Positions 17,065 through 26,361 of a stretch of DNA of 40,936 nucleotides are shown piece after piece (the first letter of the stretch is position 1; each line of letters opens with the position of its first letter). Under the pieces are notes generated by a model. That model was not told where the DNA came from and searched no databases. It saw only the letters and a list, made by a program, of their open reading frames with translations. Position numbers and translations under genes: made by a program. Origin of the DNA: a virus (lineage: Duplodnaviria > Caudoviricetes); the IMG/VR virus record IMGVR_UViG_3300043429_000523, positions 1-40,936 of that record; one strand, 5' to 3'.

Positions 17065-18944
17065 GCAATCGGTCCTGACAAAGTGAGGTTGGTGGATCCG
17101 GTGGAGCGCAGCCACTTGCTTGACGTGAGCGCGGTGATCATGGTTGGCATGGTCCACGTGTACCAAGTGCCGCCGTAGTTCACCGCCGCATTGGTCAGCG
17201 TGTCAGACATGATCAAAGTCGGCACCGCCGCTACTTGGAACGATGACGTCACCGTCGTGCCTGTGACGCTCAATTTGTCAAAGGCCGAAGCAACCGCGTA
17301 GAAATTCGAACCGGTAAAGTCATTCAAGAAGTTGACCGTGGTGGCCGGGCCTCCACTGGTGCCAAAGGTCAGTGTGGTGCCCGAGATGGTCACGGCATAC
17401 GGCCCCGCAGCCTTGTGACCAAACAACATCGTCGTGGTGTTGTACTTGATCAGAGGTTTGGCGGTTTTGTAAATGAATCGGGACTTGTCAAACGCAACCG
17501 GCAAGTCGGTCGCCCGTGTGGTGACGGTTCCGAGAGTAGCCGTGGTGCCAGATACCGAGATGCCGTACCAATCGCCCGAAGTGGGTGTCGCACCGTTGGA
17601 GCACACCGCGATGTAAGAAGCACCCTCCGAGAAGTCGGTGAGCACGTTCAAGCCGCCGTTGGCCTCAATGTTGGTTCCGGCCGAAGTGGCGTTGAGCGTG
17701 ATCGTGGTTCCCGAGACAGACCCAATGCAGACGGTGAGGGCGCGGGTGTTTGCGCCGCCACCCGCAGCCAAGACCGCCAGCAGAAATTGGGTGTTCGACG
17801 AACGGTTGATGAATGTCCAACCCAGCCCGGTGCCGGCAGCCGCAGCACTTACCGCGGTGCCCGCCGTGACCGTTGTGCCCGAGACAGAGATGGCAATCAG
17901 ACCCGTGGCCTGGTTGGTGTTGGCAACGTACAAGCCATTGTTGAGCTTGATCGAGTTGGCTATGTCCTGCCCCAATGCCACCGCAGTGCCAAGCGAAATC
18001 GTCGTGCCTGAGACTGAACCAGCCTGCACGCTTGAAGTTGATCCGCCAGTGTTGCAAGCCACCACAAACGAAGTGGTGCTGTCAGACCACACGCCAAACC
18101 CTGTGGCGTTTTGGTACGCCATCATCGTGACTGGAGCGCCAAAAGTATTGGTACTGGTGTCGCACGCCACCGCGTAGACCGTACTGGCGTTGCGGTACAC
18201 CACAATGACAAGGTTGGTATCCAGTTGCGCCGTACCCAACACCGCACCAAAGGTTGCCGCCACGGTAGCGGTTGCCAACGTCGGCGGTGTCATGGTGATG
18301 CCGCTTCCCCACACGCCATGCGCCGTGGTGGTGTTCAATGGCTGCATCACCCGCAACGTGCCCGCCACTGCGCCGGTGGTGAAGCTCCAGCCGTCCGATG
18401 TGGTCAGGCTGGCAGGCACCGCCGTGGCGTTGGATGGAAACAACAGCCCGAACGAGTCCAGATTAGTGAAGTCAGGCAGGGTGTAGGACGCGCTGGAAAT
18501 GAACGAATAATATGAGTTGGCATCCGTCAACGTCCCGCCTGCCGTCGGCGCGATTTTGATGCGGGAATCGTCTGACCAACTGGCCACAGAGCCGTTGGTT
18601 TTGAGGAACTTGCCAGCATTGCCAGATTGCCCCGGAAGCTGCCCCAACAACCCCGACGAAGCCATGATGGCCAACTGCACCATCGCAGTCGAAGCTGCTT
18701 TGGTGGTGTTGTCAGAAGCCGCCTGAGTGGTCACGTTCAGGCCAGACACCGCACCAGTAGCCGCGCCGGTCAAAACATTCAAGTCGGCATGTGTTCCAGT
18801 GACGGCCCCCGTCACGTTCGGGAAGGTCGACTTCACCGCCGATTTCACCAGCCGCAGATGATCATCACCCTCGCTTTTCAGGTCAGATGCGCCGGGCTTG
18901 GTAGCGTCCAGCTGGTTGATATAGGTTGCGCTTTCAACGGCCAT
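17061..18944 (-). CDS. Tail fibre / receptor-binding protein
   Basis: N-terminal anchor EGDDHLRLVKS; QSGNAGKFLKTNG linker; repeated SVSGTTI/VT beta units. Confidence 0.8.
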   Translation of the reverse strand: MAVESATYINQLDATKPGASDLKSEGDDHLRLVKSAVKSTFPNVTGAVTGTHADLNVLTGAATGAVSGLNVTTQAASDNTTKAASTAMVQLAIMASSGLLGQLPGQSGNAGKFLKTNGSVASWSDDSRIKIAPTAGGTLTDANSYYSFISSASYTLPDFTNLDSFGLLFPSNATAVPASLTTSDGWSFTTGAVAGTLRVMQPLNTTTAHGVWGSGITMTPPTLATATVAATFGAVLGTAQLDTNLVIVVYRNASTVYAVACDTSTNTFGAPVTMMAYQNATGFGVWSDSTTSFVVACNTGGSTSSVQAGSVSGTTISLGTAVALGQDIANSIKLNNGLYVANTNQATGLIAISVSGTTVTAGTAVSAAAAGTGLGWTFINRSSNTQFLLAVLAAGGGANTRALTVCIGSVSGTTITLNATSAGTNIEANGGLNVLTDFSEGASYIAVCSNGATPTSGDWYGISVSGTTATLGTVTTRATDLPVAFDKSRFIYKTAKPLIKYNTTTMLFGHKAAGPYAVTISGTTLTFGTSGGPATTVNFLNDFTGSNFYAVASAFDKLSVTGTTVTSSFQVAAVPTLIMSDTLTNAAVNYGGTWYTWTMPTMITALTSSKWLRSTGSTNLTLSGPIA

Positions 18945-19568
18945 TTATCGCCTCACTTTCATTTGTAGCGAGCCGGTCGAAGGCAAGCCCCGACGCTCTG
19001 CAAACTTCTTCACGTTGTCCAAAGCGCCCGACACCAGACCGGCCAGCGCCGCAGCTTGTTGGTCGTCGCGCGCCCACTTGGCCGCTTCCAGGCACGAGGC
19101 GTAGAGGTACAAATCCGCCGCGTTTTCGGTCAGCCAGTTTGAGGTGTTCGATACGCTCAACGGCACAATGGCAGGCAGGTAGTACAAAGTCGCCTGAGTC
19201 CCAGTACCCGCGCCAAAAATGCGAACCTGCCCGTTTTCCAGCGCGTACCGGGTCGGCTGCGTGTTGGTCGATGTGACCATGGCCGGGTCGCTCGCATAGT
19301 CCAGATTCCACGTCCAGCCGCCCTGCGTCATCACCAGGCGCGACACCGTGCCAAAGTCGCTGGGCAGGGCCGCGTATTCGCCCGTCGTGGTCAGGGTGGT
19401 GGAAACTTGCAGCTCTTTGATCTGCATTTCCCGCACCAAATACGATTCGGCCAGCGAAATGAACGTGGGTATTTCATCGGTCAAATCGTCCCGGTGCATG
19501 TACGACGCAATGCGCGCCTTCAGCGATTCGAATTGATTTTCTGAGGTATCAACTACAACAATGGTCAT
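18945..19568 (-). CDS. Head-tail adaptor (tail tubular protein A-like)
   Basis: RDDLTDEIPTFISLAE...LPSDF...SNWL...DLYLYASCLEA pattern. Confidence 0.75.
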   Translation of the reverse strand: MTIVVVDTSENQFESLKARIASYMHRDDLTDEIPTFISLAESYLVREMQIKELQVSTTLTTTGEYAALPSDFGTVSRLVMTQGGWTWNLDYASDPAMVTSTNTQPTRYALENGQVRIFGAGTGTQATLYYLPAIVPLSVSNTSNWLTENAADLYLYASCLEAAKWARDDQQAAALAGLVSGALDNVKKFAERRGLPSTGSLQMKVRR

Positions 19569-19663
19569 GGGTTAACGCATTTGGGGGTTGGTGTAGGAAT
19601 AATGGCGAACCATACTGTGCGGGACTTTAGGAGGGGGAGAATGGCTAGGATGGTGGTCATCAT
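19565..19663 (-). CDS. 32-aa ORF MMTTILAILPLLKSRTVWFAIIPTPTPKCVNP; possible truncated membrane-protein remnant
   Basis: Translated by hand; fills the gap and ends in an ATGA overlap with the adaptor gene. Confidence 0.45.
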   Translation of the reverse strand: MMTTILAILPLLKSRTVWFAIIPTPTPKCVNP

Positions 19664-19666
19664 GAA

Positions 19667-21772
19667 TTACTGCATGATCTGATACTGAAAAGATGCCGTC
19701 GTACTGCCGGTTGCAGCTCCGCTAGATGTAGCCCAGTTAAATGAGCCTGCGTTTACACCACTGACGTAAATTCGATTGACTCCCGCTTGTAAATCCCAAG
19801 CGGCCTGATTTATCGGAATAATCAAGATGGTCGTTCCACCGCCGTATGCCGTCTGCGTAGGAGCTGTTACAGCACCGCCTGTGGCGTTTGTAACAGTGAA
19901 TGTTCCCACAGTCGGGTTCCCATCAACACGGTTTCCATATTTGTAACCACCTGTTGCTGGTAATTGAACAAATGCGTTAGTTGTTGACAGCAATCCATTA
20001 GCAGTGTTGTCGTTAACAACCAAGTAGTTATTTCCAGCGCCAGAACCATAAAAGACACGCGCCGTCAGTTTTGTACCGCGAGTGTCAGAAACAGTGTTGT
20101 TTTTTATTGTTCCGCTTACGCAGTTTGTATTTGCATATATAGCAATATCCGATGCCGTTGCGTTTGCATTCAAGATTTGATTTTCGGAAACCAAAAATCC
20201 AGAGATTCCGTTTGTTTCAATGCCATACGCATTACATTGCTCAATGTAATTTCCTGTGATTTTTATCTGATCTAAAGTGCCAGACCCTGCGTTTCTTACA
20301 ACGATTGCGCCATAAGTTGCGGCAGATCCAGTGATTGAATTTCCAGAAATAGACAATCCGGTCAGATTGTTGTCAAGGGCAACGTCAATGGCTTGTTGGG
20401 TTACACCTGGGACATAAATCGCATTGTTGGATATTGTAATGTTTCGATACGTGGTTGATGTTGCATCACTTGTATATCGTCTTACGGAAATACCACCTTG
20501 TGTAATATTTCCAGAAATAATGTTTTCCGCAACGACGGTATTTGAACAGGATGCGATAGCTATTCCACCAATACTTCCTGACAAAATGTTTGATGTAATT
20601 GTGCAATTTGATGCAAAACTTTGAATTCCTGGGGCCGTCATAGGTGATGCAGCAGAACCACCAAAACGATTGCTAGAAATTACGCTGTAAGCGCCATAGT
20701 TATATATCCCATGCTCTAGCAATCCATAACCATTGTTATTTGAAATAACTGCGCTTGTGCAAACGCTATACACAGCGTCATACATCGCCCCGCCATCACT
20801 TCCGGGGTAAAAGTTATTGTCAACAACAGCGTTGTAAATATCCCCACCGGAAGCATTTCCGCAACAAATACCAAACGAAACAGTCCCTGCTCCGTGAGAT
20901 GTTGGCCCACCGGATATGTGGTTGCTTATCGCTTTGCTATAGCTGGAGTCTAAATAAATGCCAATAGTAGGAGCATTGACAACATTGAGTCCGGCGCAAG
21001 AAGAGCCATCTCCACTCAACTTGATAAGAGATGGATACCATTGCAGAAGCGGATCACTTGAGTTTGTGTCCAAGTAGATACCGGGGCCAGTTACAGACCC
21101 AGAGCCGTGAACTGTGACGTTTGACCCAGTGAATCGAAACACGTCGTCCAAGGCAGACGTGGAAACAACATCGCCGTCAATCCTGATTGAGATGTTGTTT
21201 GTGCTGGAAGATATTGCGTACAGCGTGTTGTTTGCAACGGCATTGGCACGTTGAAGCACTAAGGTTGCACCAGTGCCAGTTGCGTTCACAACTCGGTATG
21301 TGTATCCAGCTGGAAGCAAAAGTTCATCACCGGCTGAAAGTGAATTTATTGCTGCTTGCACAGCAGCCGTATCATCCGCAACACCATCCCCCACCGCCCC
21401 AAAGTCCTTAACGCTCACACTCTCCCGCAGCTTCGCCTGCACCGTGGTAGCCACAGCGCCTGCACCTGCTGGGGTGTACGACACATAAGGCCCAATATCC
21501 GCCCCACTCGCCGGGTCATCCAACACAATGTCGGTCAGCGTCACCGGGTTGAAGTCTGGCGTGTTCACGGTCAGCGAATAGCGTCCGTCAGCCGCGTAGA
21601 ACTCGAAATAACCCCGTGAATCAATCGGCACCGGGTTGGCAATGGGCACGGTGCCCGCAGCGTCAGAAAACAGGCTGGCGGGGGTTGCTGTGCCGTAAAT
21701 GAGCACCGAAACGCTGCCCGTTGTCACCTTGCGGCCAGACGAACTGATGATGAAGTCGAAGTACTTTTTCAT
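19667..21772 (-). CDS. Tailspike / depolymerase, right-handed beta-helix (pectate-lyase-like)
   Basis: VSVKDFGAVGDGVADDTAA motif followed by Asn/Ile/Gly parallel beta-helix repeats. Confidence 0.88.
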   Translation of the reverse strand: MKKYFDFIISSSGRKVTTGSVSVLIYGTATPASLFSDAAGTVPIANPVPIDSRGYFEFYAADGRYSLTVNTPDFNPVTLTDIVLDDPASGADIGPYVSYTPAGAGAVATTVQAKLRESVSVKDFGAVGDGVADDTAAVQAAINSLSAGDELLLPAGYTYRVVNATGTGATLVLQRANAVANNTLYAISSSTNNISIRIDGDVVSTSALDDVFRFTGSNVTVHGSGSVTGPGIYLDTNSSDPLLQWYPSLIKLSGDGSSCAGLNVVNAPTIGIYLDSSYSKAISNHISGGPTSHGAGTVSFGICCGNASGGDIYNAVVDNNFYPGSDGGAMYDAVYSVCTSAVISNNNGYGLLEHGIYNYGAYSVISSNRFGGSAASPMTAPGIQSFASNCTITSNILSGSIGGIAIASCSNTVVAENIISGNITQGGISVRRYTSDATSTTYRNITISNNAIYVPGVTQQAIDVALDNNLTGLSISGNSITGSAATYGAIVVRNAGSGTLDQIKITGNYIEQCNAYGIETNGISGFLVSENQILNANATASDIAIYANTNCVSGTIKNNTVSDTRGTKLTARVFYGSGAGNNYLVVNDNTANGLLSTTNAFVQLPATGGYKYGNRVDGNPTVGTFTVTNATGGAVTAPTQTAYGGGTTILIIPINQAAWDLQAGVNRIYVSGVNAGSFNWATSSGAATGSTTASFQYQIMQ

Positions 21773-22086
21773 TTTTTCAGGTACGCATCAAACGTCGCAA
21801 AAGCCGGGTTGGCCCGGATGTACTCTTTAAGCTTTTTCTTGCGCTCGTTCTGGTCTGTGATCGCCAGAAGCTCGGCATAGATGTGCATGGGAATTGTGGC
21901 CACATGGCGCATCTCGCCCCACTTTTCACCCGCTGTGTGGTTGCGTTTGGCCTTGGCAAACTCCAAGATGCCCGAAACGTCTTGCGAGGTGTGCTTGATC
22001 ACCTCATCGCCTTGGAAAATCAGGCGGGTGTTGACACCGTAAGCGTCGGTGCCTTCGTCCAATGTGAATGATTCGACTGGGGTCAT
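21769..22086 (-). CDS. Conserved podovirus protein downstream of the capsid gene
   Basis: QDVSGILE...MRHVATIP signature; putative leaderless start. Confidence 0.7.
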   Translation of the reverse strand: MTPVESFTLDEGTDAYGVNTRLIFQGDEVIKHTSQDVSGILEFAKAKRNHTAGEKWGEMRHVATIPMHIYAELLAITDQNERKKKLKEYIRANPAFATFDAYLKK

Positions 22087-22092
22087 GCCCTA

Positions 22093-22113
22093 AGTGTCCA
22101 CATTGGTAAAGCG
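22093..22113 (-). promoter_or_regulatory. Late promoter-like motif, tail operon
   Basis: CGCTTTACCAATGTGGACACT, 6 nt upstream of ATG 22086. Confidence 0.8.
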
Positions 22114-22114
22114 T

Positions 22115-22912
22115 CTACGGTAAGGGCTGTCCGTTGCGCTCCAGAATGCTTAACAACCCCTCATTGCCGGGGAAAACCACAAAGTTACTGGTGCCCTGGC
22201 CTGTGCCACGGCTGCCGCCGTCTAGGTAGCGGATTCCGGGGATGCCAGCTTGGCGCAGCATTCCAGATGTTGCGGCCCTGTTGTTGCCTTTTGAGATTTC
22301 CAGTGCATCCATGATTGCGCCAAAAGGTGCCGCCATCGGATCATCCCATCCGTGATAGTCGCGCAAGGCGCTAAGTGCAAACGAATCATCCAACATTGAA
22401 CGCACCGCATCTTGCACATTTTTCGGTTGCGAAGAAAGCGGCGCATCGTGATTCGCCATCGCTGCAATCAAGGAATCTGGTACGTCCACCTTGTAGAGAT
22501 AGCCGGACTCCATGCCGCGTTTCCATGATTCTTTATCGGCGTACTTCTGCGCCACCGCTTCACTTTCGGCAAGGTAAGAACCGATGCCTTGCTGCTGTTT
22601 CCCCTCGCCCGTGCCTATCTTGCTGGCGTCAAACTTGTTGAACTTGTGGGGGCTGCCATGCCACACCACCATGCCGGCAGGGTTGTAAGCATCTGCCAGC
22701 ACCCCGGCCAACTTCTCGGTTTGCGGCCCGCCTGATCGTTTGGTTTGCCTGAATTCGTTGGCCGATGCGGTGGTCAACTCGTTCAGCGAGCGTGAACGGT
22801 CGTTCATGTGGTTCACAAACTGTTGCAGCGTGCCCAATGGCTCGTCCAGCAGCCCGCGAAACTGGCGCTTGAGCGTGTCCCCAGCGCTGTAAATTTGTGC
22901 AAGTGGCCCCAT
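22115..22912 (-). CDS. ADP-ribosyltransferase-like protein (ART-PolyVal-like)
   Basis: WHGS...F..F...IGTGEG...G-x-G-x-Y-x-A...A-x-x-Y, YLYKV, GI-x-Y...NFVVF. Confidence 0.72.
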   Translation of the reverse strand: MGPLAQIYSAGDTLKRQFRGLLDEPLGTLQQFVNHMNDRSRSLNELTTASANEFRQTKRSGGPQTEKLAGVLADAYNPAGMVVWHGSPHKFNKFDASKIGTGEGKQQQGIGSYLAESEAVAQKYADKESWKRGMESGYLYKVDVPDSLIAAMANHDAPLSSQPKNVQDAVRSMLDDSFALSALRDYHGWDDPMAAPFGAIMDALEISKGNNRAATSGMLRQAGIPGIRYLDGGSRGTGQGTSNFVVFPGNEGLLSILERNGQPLP

Positions 22913-22932
22913 AACTAAAACTCCTTGCCCCT

Positions 22933-22953
22933 AGTTTCCACATAAGTAAAGCG
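22933..22953 (-). promoter_or_regulatory. Late promoter-like motif (divergent copy), ART gene
   Basis: CGCTTTACTTATGTGGAAACT, then a 20-nt spacer containing AAGGAG. Confidence 0.7.
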
Positions 22954-22954
22954 C

Positions 22955-22984
22955 AATAAAAAAGGGGGCCGAAGCCCCCTTTAT
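22955..22984 (-). terminator. Intrinsic terminator after the major capsid gene
   Basis: AAAGGGGGC-TTCG-GCCCCCTTTTTTATT on the minus strand. Confidence 0.9.
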
Positions 22985-23008
22985 CAGTCACCGATCAAGT
23001 CAGTGAAT

Positions 23009-23977
23009 TTACCCGCCGGTCAGATCGCTGATTTTCCCAAAAGCTTTAGGCGCACGGACAGCCAAAGCGCAATCTACGGTGACCAAAACCTTCTCGCTAT
23101 CGCCAGTAAGGCCGAGTTCCTGTGTTCGGAATCCATCCAAATACGCCATCTCTGCATATTCGGAATTAACGAGATGAACGTCGGTAGAACCGGCCATCAG
23201 GTAGTGAGGCACGATCTCCAACTCGCCGAAGTCGGACATATACACGTCAGCGCCACCGATGATGCGGCCCTGTTCCTTCTTGCTCACCTGGTAGCGGTTG
23301 ACCGCAATACCGGCAAAGCCAGAGAAAACGCCCTTGTGGTTGGGCGACATGATGACCATGCGGGGCACTTCGCCAGAGCTGATGTAGGTGCTTTGCACCA
23401 CGGTCTTCAGCAAAGCTTCGGTGAACGCACGGCCCGTACCTGCGGTGGGGGCAGTGGTAGGCGCACCAGAGGTCCAAGCGGCGGTAGAGCCACCAGCACC
23501 GTGGGAGGTGTTGGCGTTGTTCTGCACACCCAAGCCACCGAACTTGCCAGCCACGGAGGTGGTAGGCGCAACGGCAGCGTTGTTGGACACAATCGCAGCT
23601 TCCATGTCGCGCTTCACTTCCAGCATCGACTTGGCCTTGATGTAAGCCATTTCAGAGCCACGGCCTGCTTTCTTCACGATGTTGGCACGGCGAGAAACAC
23701 CGGGCGTCTTGCGGAAGATCTGCATGTAGTTGCCCACGCGCTCGGTCGCGGTTTGCGCGTCCAAAGAAGCGTCGTCACCGTCAATCGCAGCGTTGTCTTT
23801 GTTGGCGGTGGCCAAAGCGTCGCGCTGCCACTCGTGGAACGTGTTGGTCGCAGTCACGCGGCCAATCGCCGACAGCACCGGGGTTTCGGTGGGCGACGTG
23901 TTGTAGATCTTGTCGGTCAAGTCCTCGCGGTCGCCCTTGAGGGATGCCTTTTGATACAGGTTGGTTGGAACTGCCAT
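23009..23977 (-). CDS. Major capsid protein (DUF5309/SU10-like)
   Basis: REDLTDKIYNTSPTETP, HEWQ-x-D-x-L, N-x-x-QIF, YMSDFG motifs; followed by a strong terminator. Confidence 0.88.
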   Translation of the reverse strand: MAVPTNLYQKASLKGDREDLTDKIYNTSPTETPVLSAIGRVTATNTFHEWQRDALATANKDNAAIDGDDASLDAQTATERVGNYMQIFRKTPGVSRRANIVKKAGRGSEMAYIKAKSMLEVKRDMEAAIVSNNAAVAPTTSVAGKFGGLGVQNNANTSHGAGGSTAAWTSGAPTTAPTAGTGRAFTEALLKTVVQSTYISSGEVPRMVIMSPNHKGVFSGFAGIAVNRYQVSKKEQGRIIGGADVYMSDFGELEIVPHYLMAGSTDVHLVNSEYAEMAYLDGFRTQELGLTGDSEKVLVTVDCALAVRAPKAFGKISDLTGG

Positions 23978-23995
23978 GATTAATGCTCCAGTGAA

Positions 23996-24961
23996 TTACA
24001 TGAGGTAAGAAGCAAGGTCGTTCAGCTTTGCGCGGCCACCTTGGAAGCGCTTTTCGAGCTGCACGTTCTTGCGTGTTTGTGGGGTCGGGTTTGCTTTGCT
24101 GGGCAGCTTGGGCGCTTGCTCCACCTTCTGCTTGACCGCGGGCTTCTGCGCTTGCAGTTCACGGTAAGCGGCAGCGTCTCGCATCAGCCGCACGAGGCGG
24201 TGGTCGAACACGTTGCCCAATTCCTCTTTCGAGAAACCGTAGGTTTTGGAAACATCGCCGTACACCTTCGCCAGCTTGTCCCGGTCTATGCCATCCTTTT
24301 GCAGTTCGCTCCAGGCTTGCTGAAAGGCTTGCGCCTTCCACTGCTGGGCGGCCTGCTCTTGGCGCTGCGCGATAGCTTTTCGCTCAGTGTCAATCTGCTG
24401 ATCCATCTGGTTCAGCACGGCATAAATGGATTGCTGACGTTGGTTTTCTGCCACCCATGCAGCGGGGTCGGTCTGGGCCAGTTGGGCCATTTCCGCTTCG
24501 CTGCGCAGGCCTGCCAGTTGCACAATCGCGGCCCGTGTGGACTCGGCTTTTTGCACATACTGACCGGCAAATTCGTCGTACTTGGTGCGCAGTTGCTCAA
24601 CCGCTTGATGCTCGCGCTGCGAAAGCTCCTGCGTCTTGCGGGTGTAGTCCGCCTGGCGTTGGTAGCCCTTCACTAGCTCGGTTTCATCAACCTCAAGCTC
24701 CTGCTCGGTGCCGTCGTCACCCTTTACAGTGACTTTTAGTTTCCGTTCGGGTGCAGGCGTGTCATCGGCTTCTTCCTCTTCGGATTCGTCATCCTCAGAT
24801 TCTTCCTGTCCGTCGGTTTCCTCGGAATCCGTGTCGCCCTCGGCGGTGGTTTCGTCGGTATCGGCTTCGTCCTGGTCGTTGGATTCCTCGTCGGGAGTGT
24901 CCACCAGAAACGCGGCCAAATCGCTCAGGGAGTCGGGTGCATTTTCAGCGTGTCCGTCCAT
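23996..24961 (-). CDS. Capsid scaffolding protein
   Basis: Very acidic N-terminus; GYQRQADYTRKTQEL motif; coiled coil; directly upstream of the capsid gene. Confidence 0.85.
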   Translation of the reverse strand: MDGHAENAPDSLSDLAAFLVDTPDEESNDQDEADTDETTAEGDTDSEETDGQEESEDDESEEEEADDTPAPERKLKVTVKGDDGTEQELEVDETELVKGYQRQADYTRKTQELSQREHQAVEQLRTKYDEFAGQYVQKAESTRAAIVQLAGLRSEAEMAQLAQTDPAAWVAENQRQQSIYAVLNQMDQQIDTERKAIAQRQEQAAQQWKAQAFQQAWSELQKDGIDRDKLAKVYGDVSKTYGFSKEELGNVFDHRLVRLMRDAAAYRELQAQKPAVKQKVEQAPKLPSKANPTPQTRKNVQLEKRFQGGRAKLNDLASYLM

Positions 24962-25058
24962 TTGCTCATCTTTCAAAGGTCTTGCTTCGCTCTCAAGTCA
25001 CCAGAGCTCGGCGCGGCGCATCTCTGCGGACGCAATAAGGGCGGGTGATCGCCCGGAT

Positions 25059-25355
25059 TCAAGCAACTTTCCTCAAGAACCGCCGCGCCAGTGTTTCATT
25101 GCGCTCGCGGTCCACATCAATCCGGTGCTGGGCCAGCTTTCCGGTTTCGATCATCCCGTTCAACAGGCTCTCGAACTTGTCGGTCAGCTTGGCCAGTTGA
25201 AGCAACAGCAACTGCCCTTCACGGTCACGCACCGGGCAATCCTTCCATTGGGTCAATACCGCGCTTTTCAGTTGGCTCATGGCCTCTTGGTACGCCGGAT
25301 TGCTCAACACAAGCGCCGCTTCGGTGGCTCTTTGAACGGTCTGCTGTTCTGTCAT
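25059..25355 (-). CDS. Conserved small head-region protein
   Basis: RATEAALVLSNP...QW...D-x-EG pattern; putative leaderless ATG at 25355. Confidence 0.7.
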   Translation of the reverse strand: MTEQQTVQRATEAALVLSNPAYQEAMSQLKSAVLTQWKDCPVRDREGQLLLLQLAKLTDKFESLLNGMIETGKLAQHRIDVDRERNETLARRFLRKVA

Positions 25356-25361
25356 GCAACC

Positions 25362-25382
25362 ATTGTCCAAATTGGTAAAGCG
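25362..25382 (-). promoter_or_regulatory. Late promoter-like motif, scaffold/capsid block
   Basis: CGCTTTACCAATTTGGACAAT, 6 nt upstream of ATG 25355. Confidence 0.8.
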
Positions 25383-25383
25383 G

Positions 25384-25827
25384 TCACGCCATCAAGAGCA
25401 TTTCAATGTCTTCTTCGTCCTGAAGCTCGCGCACCAGCAGGGCAATCCGCGCCACCTCAAGCCAGTCTTGCTTGGCCTCCAGCGTGGGCAGTTCCACCGG
25501 CACACCGAAGTGCTCGACCAGCCGGTCAAGCTCAATCAGGTCCAGTGTCTCGTGGTCGAACCGCGCATTGACCCGGCGCACGGCCCGCTTCTTGGCGTTG
25601 CGTGTGGGCTTCTGGGCTTTGGCAATCGCGTCAATCGCAGCCTGTTCAGCGTCGGCCCATGCGTCAGCGTCGGCCACCGTGTCAAAGATGTGGATCTTCT
25701 TGCCGCGCTTGATGTAGACCTTGCGGCCCACCATTTCAAAGCCGTGCTTGCTCCCGCCCTGCCCGGTGATCGCTCCCCAGGCCGCGCCCCATGCCTTGCC
25801 AAACGATAGCCCCCAGGCCGATGCCAT
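25384..25827 (-). CDS. Hypothetical head-region protein
   Basis: AWG-x-x-FG-x-AWG-x-AWG N-terminus; DEEDIEMLL C-terminus. Confidence 0.7.
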   Translation of the reverse strand: MASAWGLSFGKAWGAAWGAITGQGGSKHGFEMVGRKVYIKRGKKIHIFDTVADADAWADAEQAAIDAIAKAQKPTRNAKKRAVRRVNARFDHETLDLIELDRLVEHFGVPVELPTLEAKQDWLEVARIALLVRELQDEEDIEMLLMA

Positions 25828-26361
25828 CTACGGGCCCCAAGGATCGGATTCTGAGCCGCTGCCGTTGATGGCCTGGCCCCTCACTTGGGTCATGTTCACC
25901 GGAATGGTGTTGGACATGAGCGACGCCAGCACCGCTGCGGCAATCTCTGCTGCCGTGGGGCCACCGCCTCCCCCGCCGCTGTCCACCACCTGCAAGCCCG
26001 CCGAGTTCGCCGCAATCACGCTCACACTGTTGGGGTTCAGCACGTCCAGCATGTTGTTGTTGGTGCCGCCCACCAGCTTCACTTGATACGAGCCATTCTC
26101 GAATGTGATCGTGTACGGTGCCAGAAAAGACAATGCACGCGCATACACCACACCCGCAATCGTGACGTTGGTGTTGTGGGAGAAGGCTACCGGCAAGGTA
26201 GCGCCCTCCTCGCTGTCGAGGTAGTCGGCCAGCTCACGCATGAAGGCGTATTCGTCGTAGCTGCGAACTTCGTAACCGGTGGTTGCGTTTGTCTCCACAA
26301 ACACCGTGTCAGCCTTCGGTATGCTGATGACCTTCGTCGCGTGATTGATGCTGATGGCCAT
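25828..26361 (-). CDS. Putative structural protein (appendage module)
   Basis: Beta-rich domain ending NSVSVIAANSAGL, Gly linker, PTAAEIAAAV. Confidence 0.6.
   Translation of the reverse strand: MAISINHATKVISIPKADTVFVETNATTGYEVRSYDEYAFMRELADYLDSEEGATLPVAFSHNTNVTIAGVVYARALSFLAPYTITFENGSYQVKLVGGTNNNMLDVLNPNSVSVIAANSAGLQVVDSGGGGGGPTAAEIAAAVLASLMSNTIPVNMTQVRGQAINGSGSESDPWGP

Noticed and set aside
23000-23020. Programmed frameshift or readthrough extending the capsid protein
   Set aside because: GGG TAA A is not a canonical slippery heptamer; an in-frame TGA follows within three codons and a strong terminator comes next
23003-23983. Long plus-strand ORFs opposite the capsid gene (similar ones lie opposite bet, exo, int, portal and fibre genes)
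   Set aside because: Antisense shadows of GC-rich coding sequence, with no recognisable motifs
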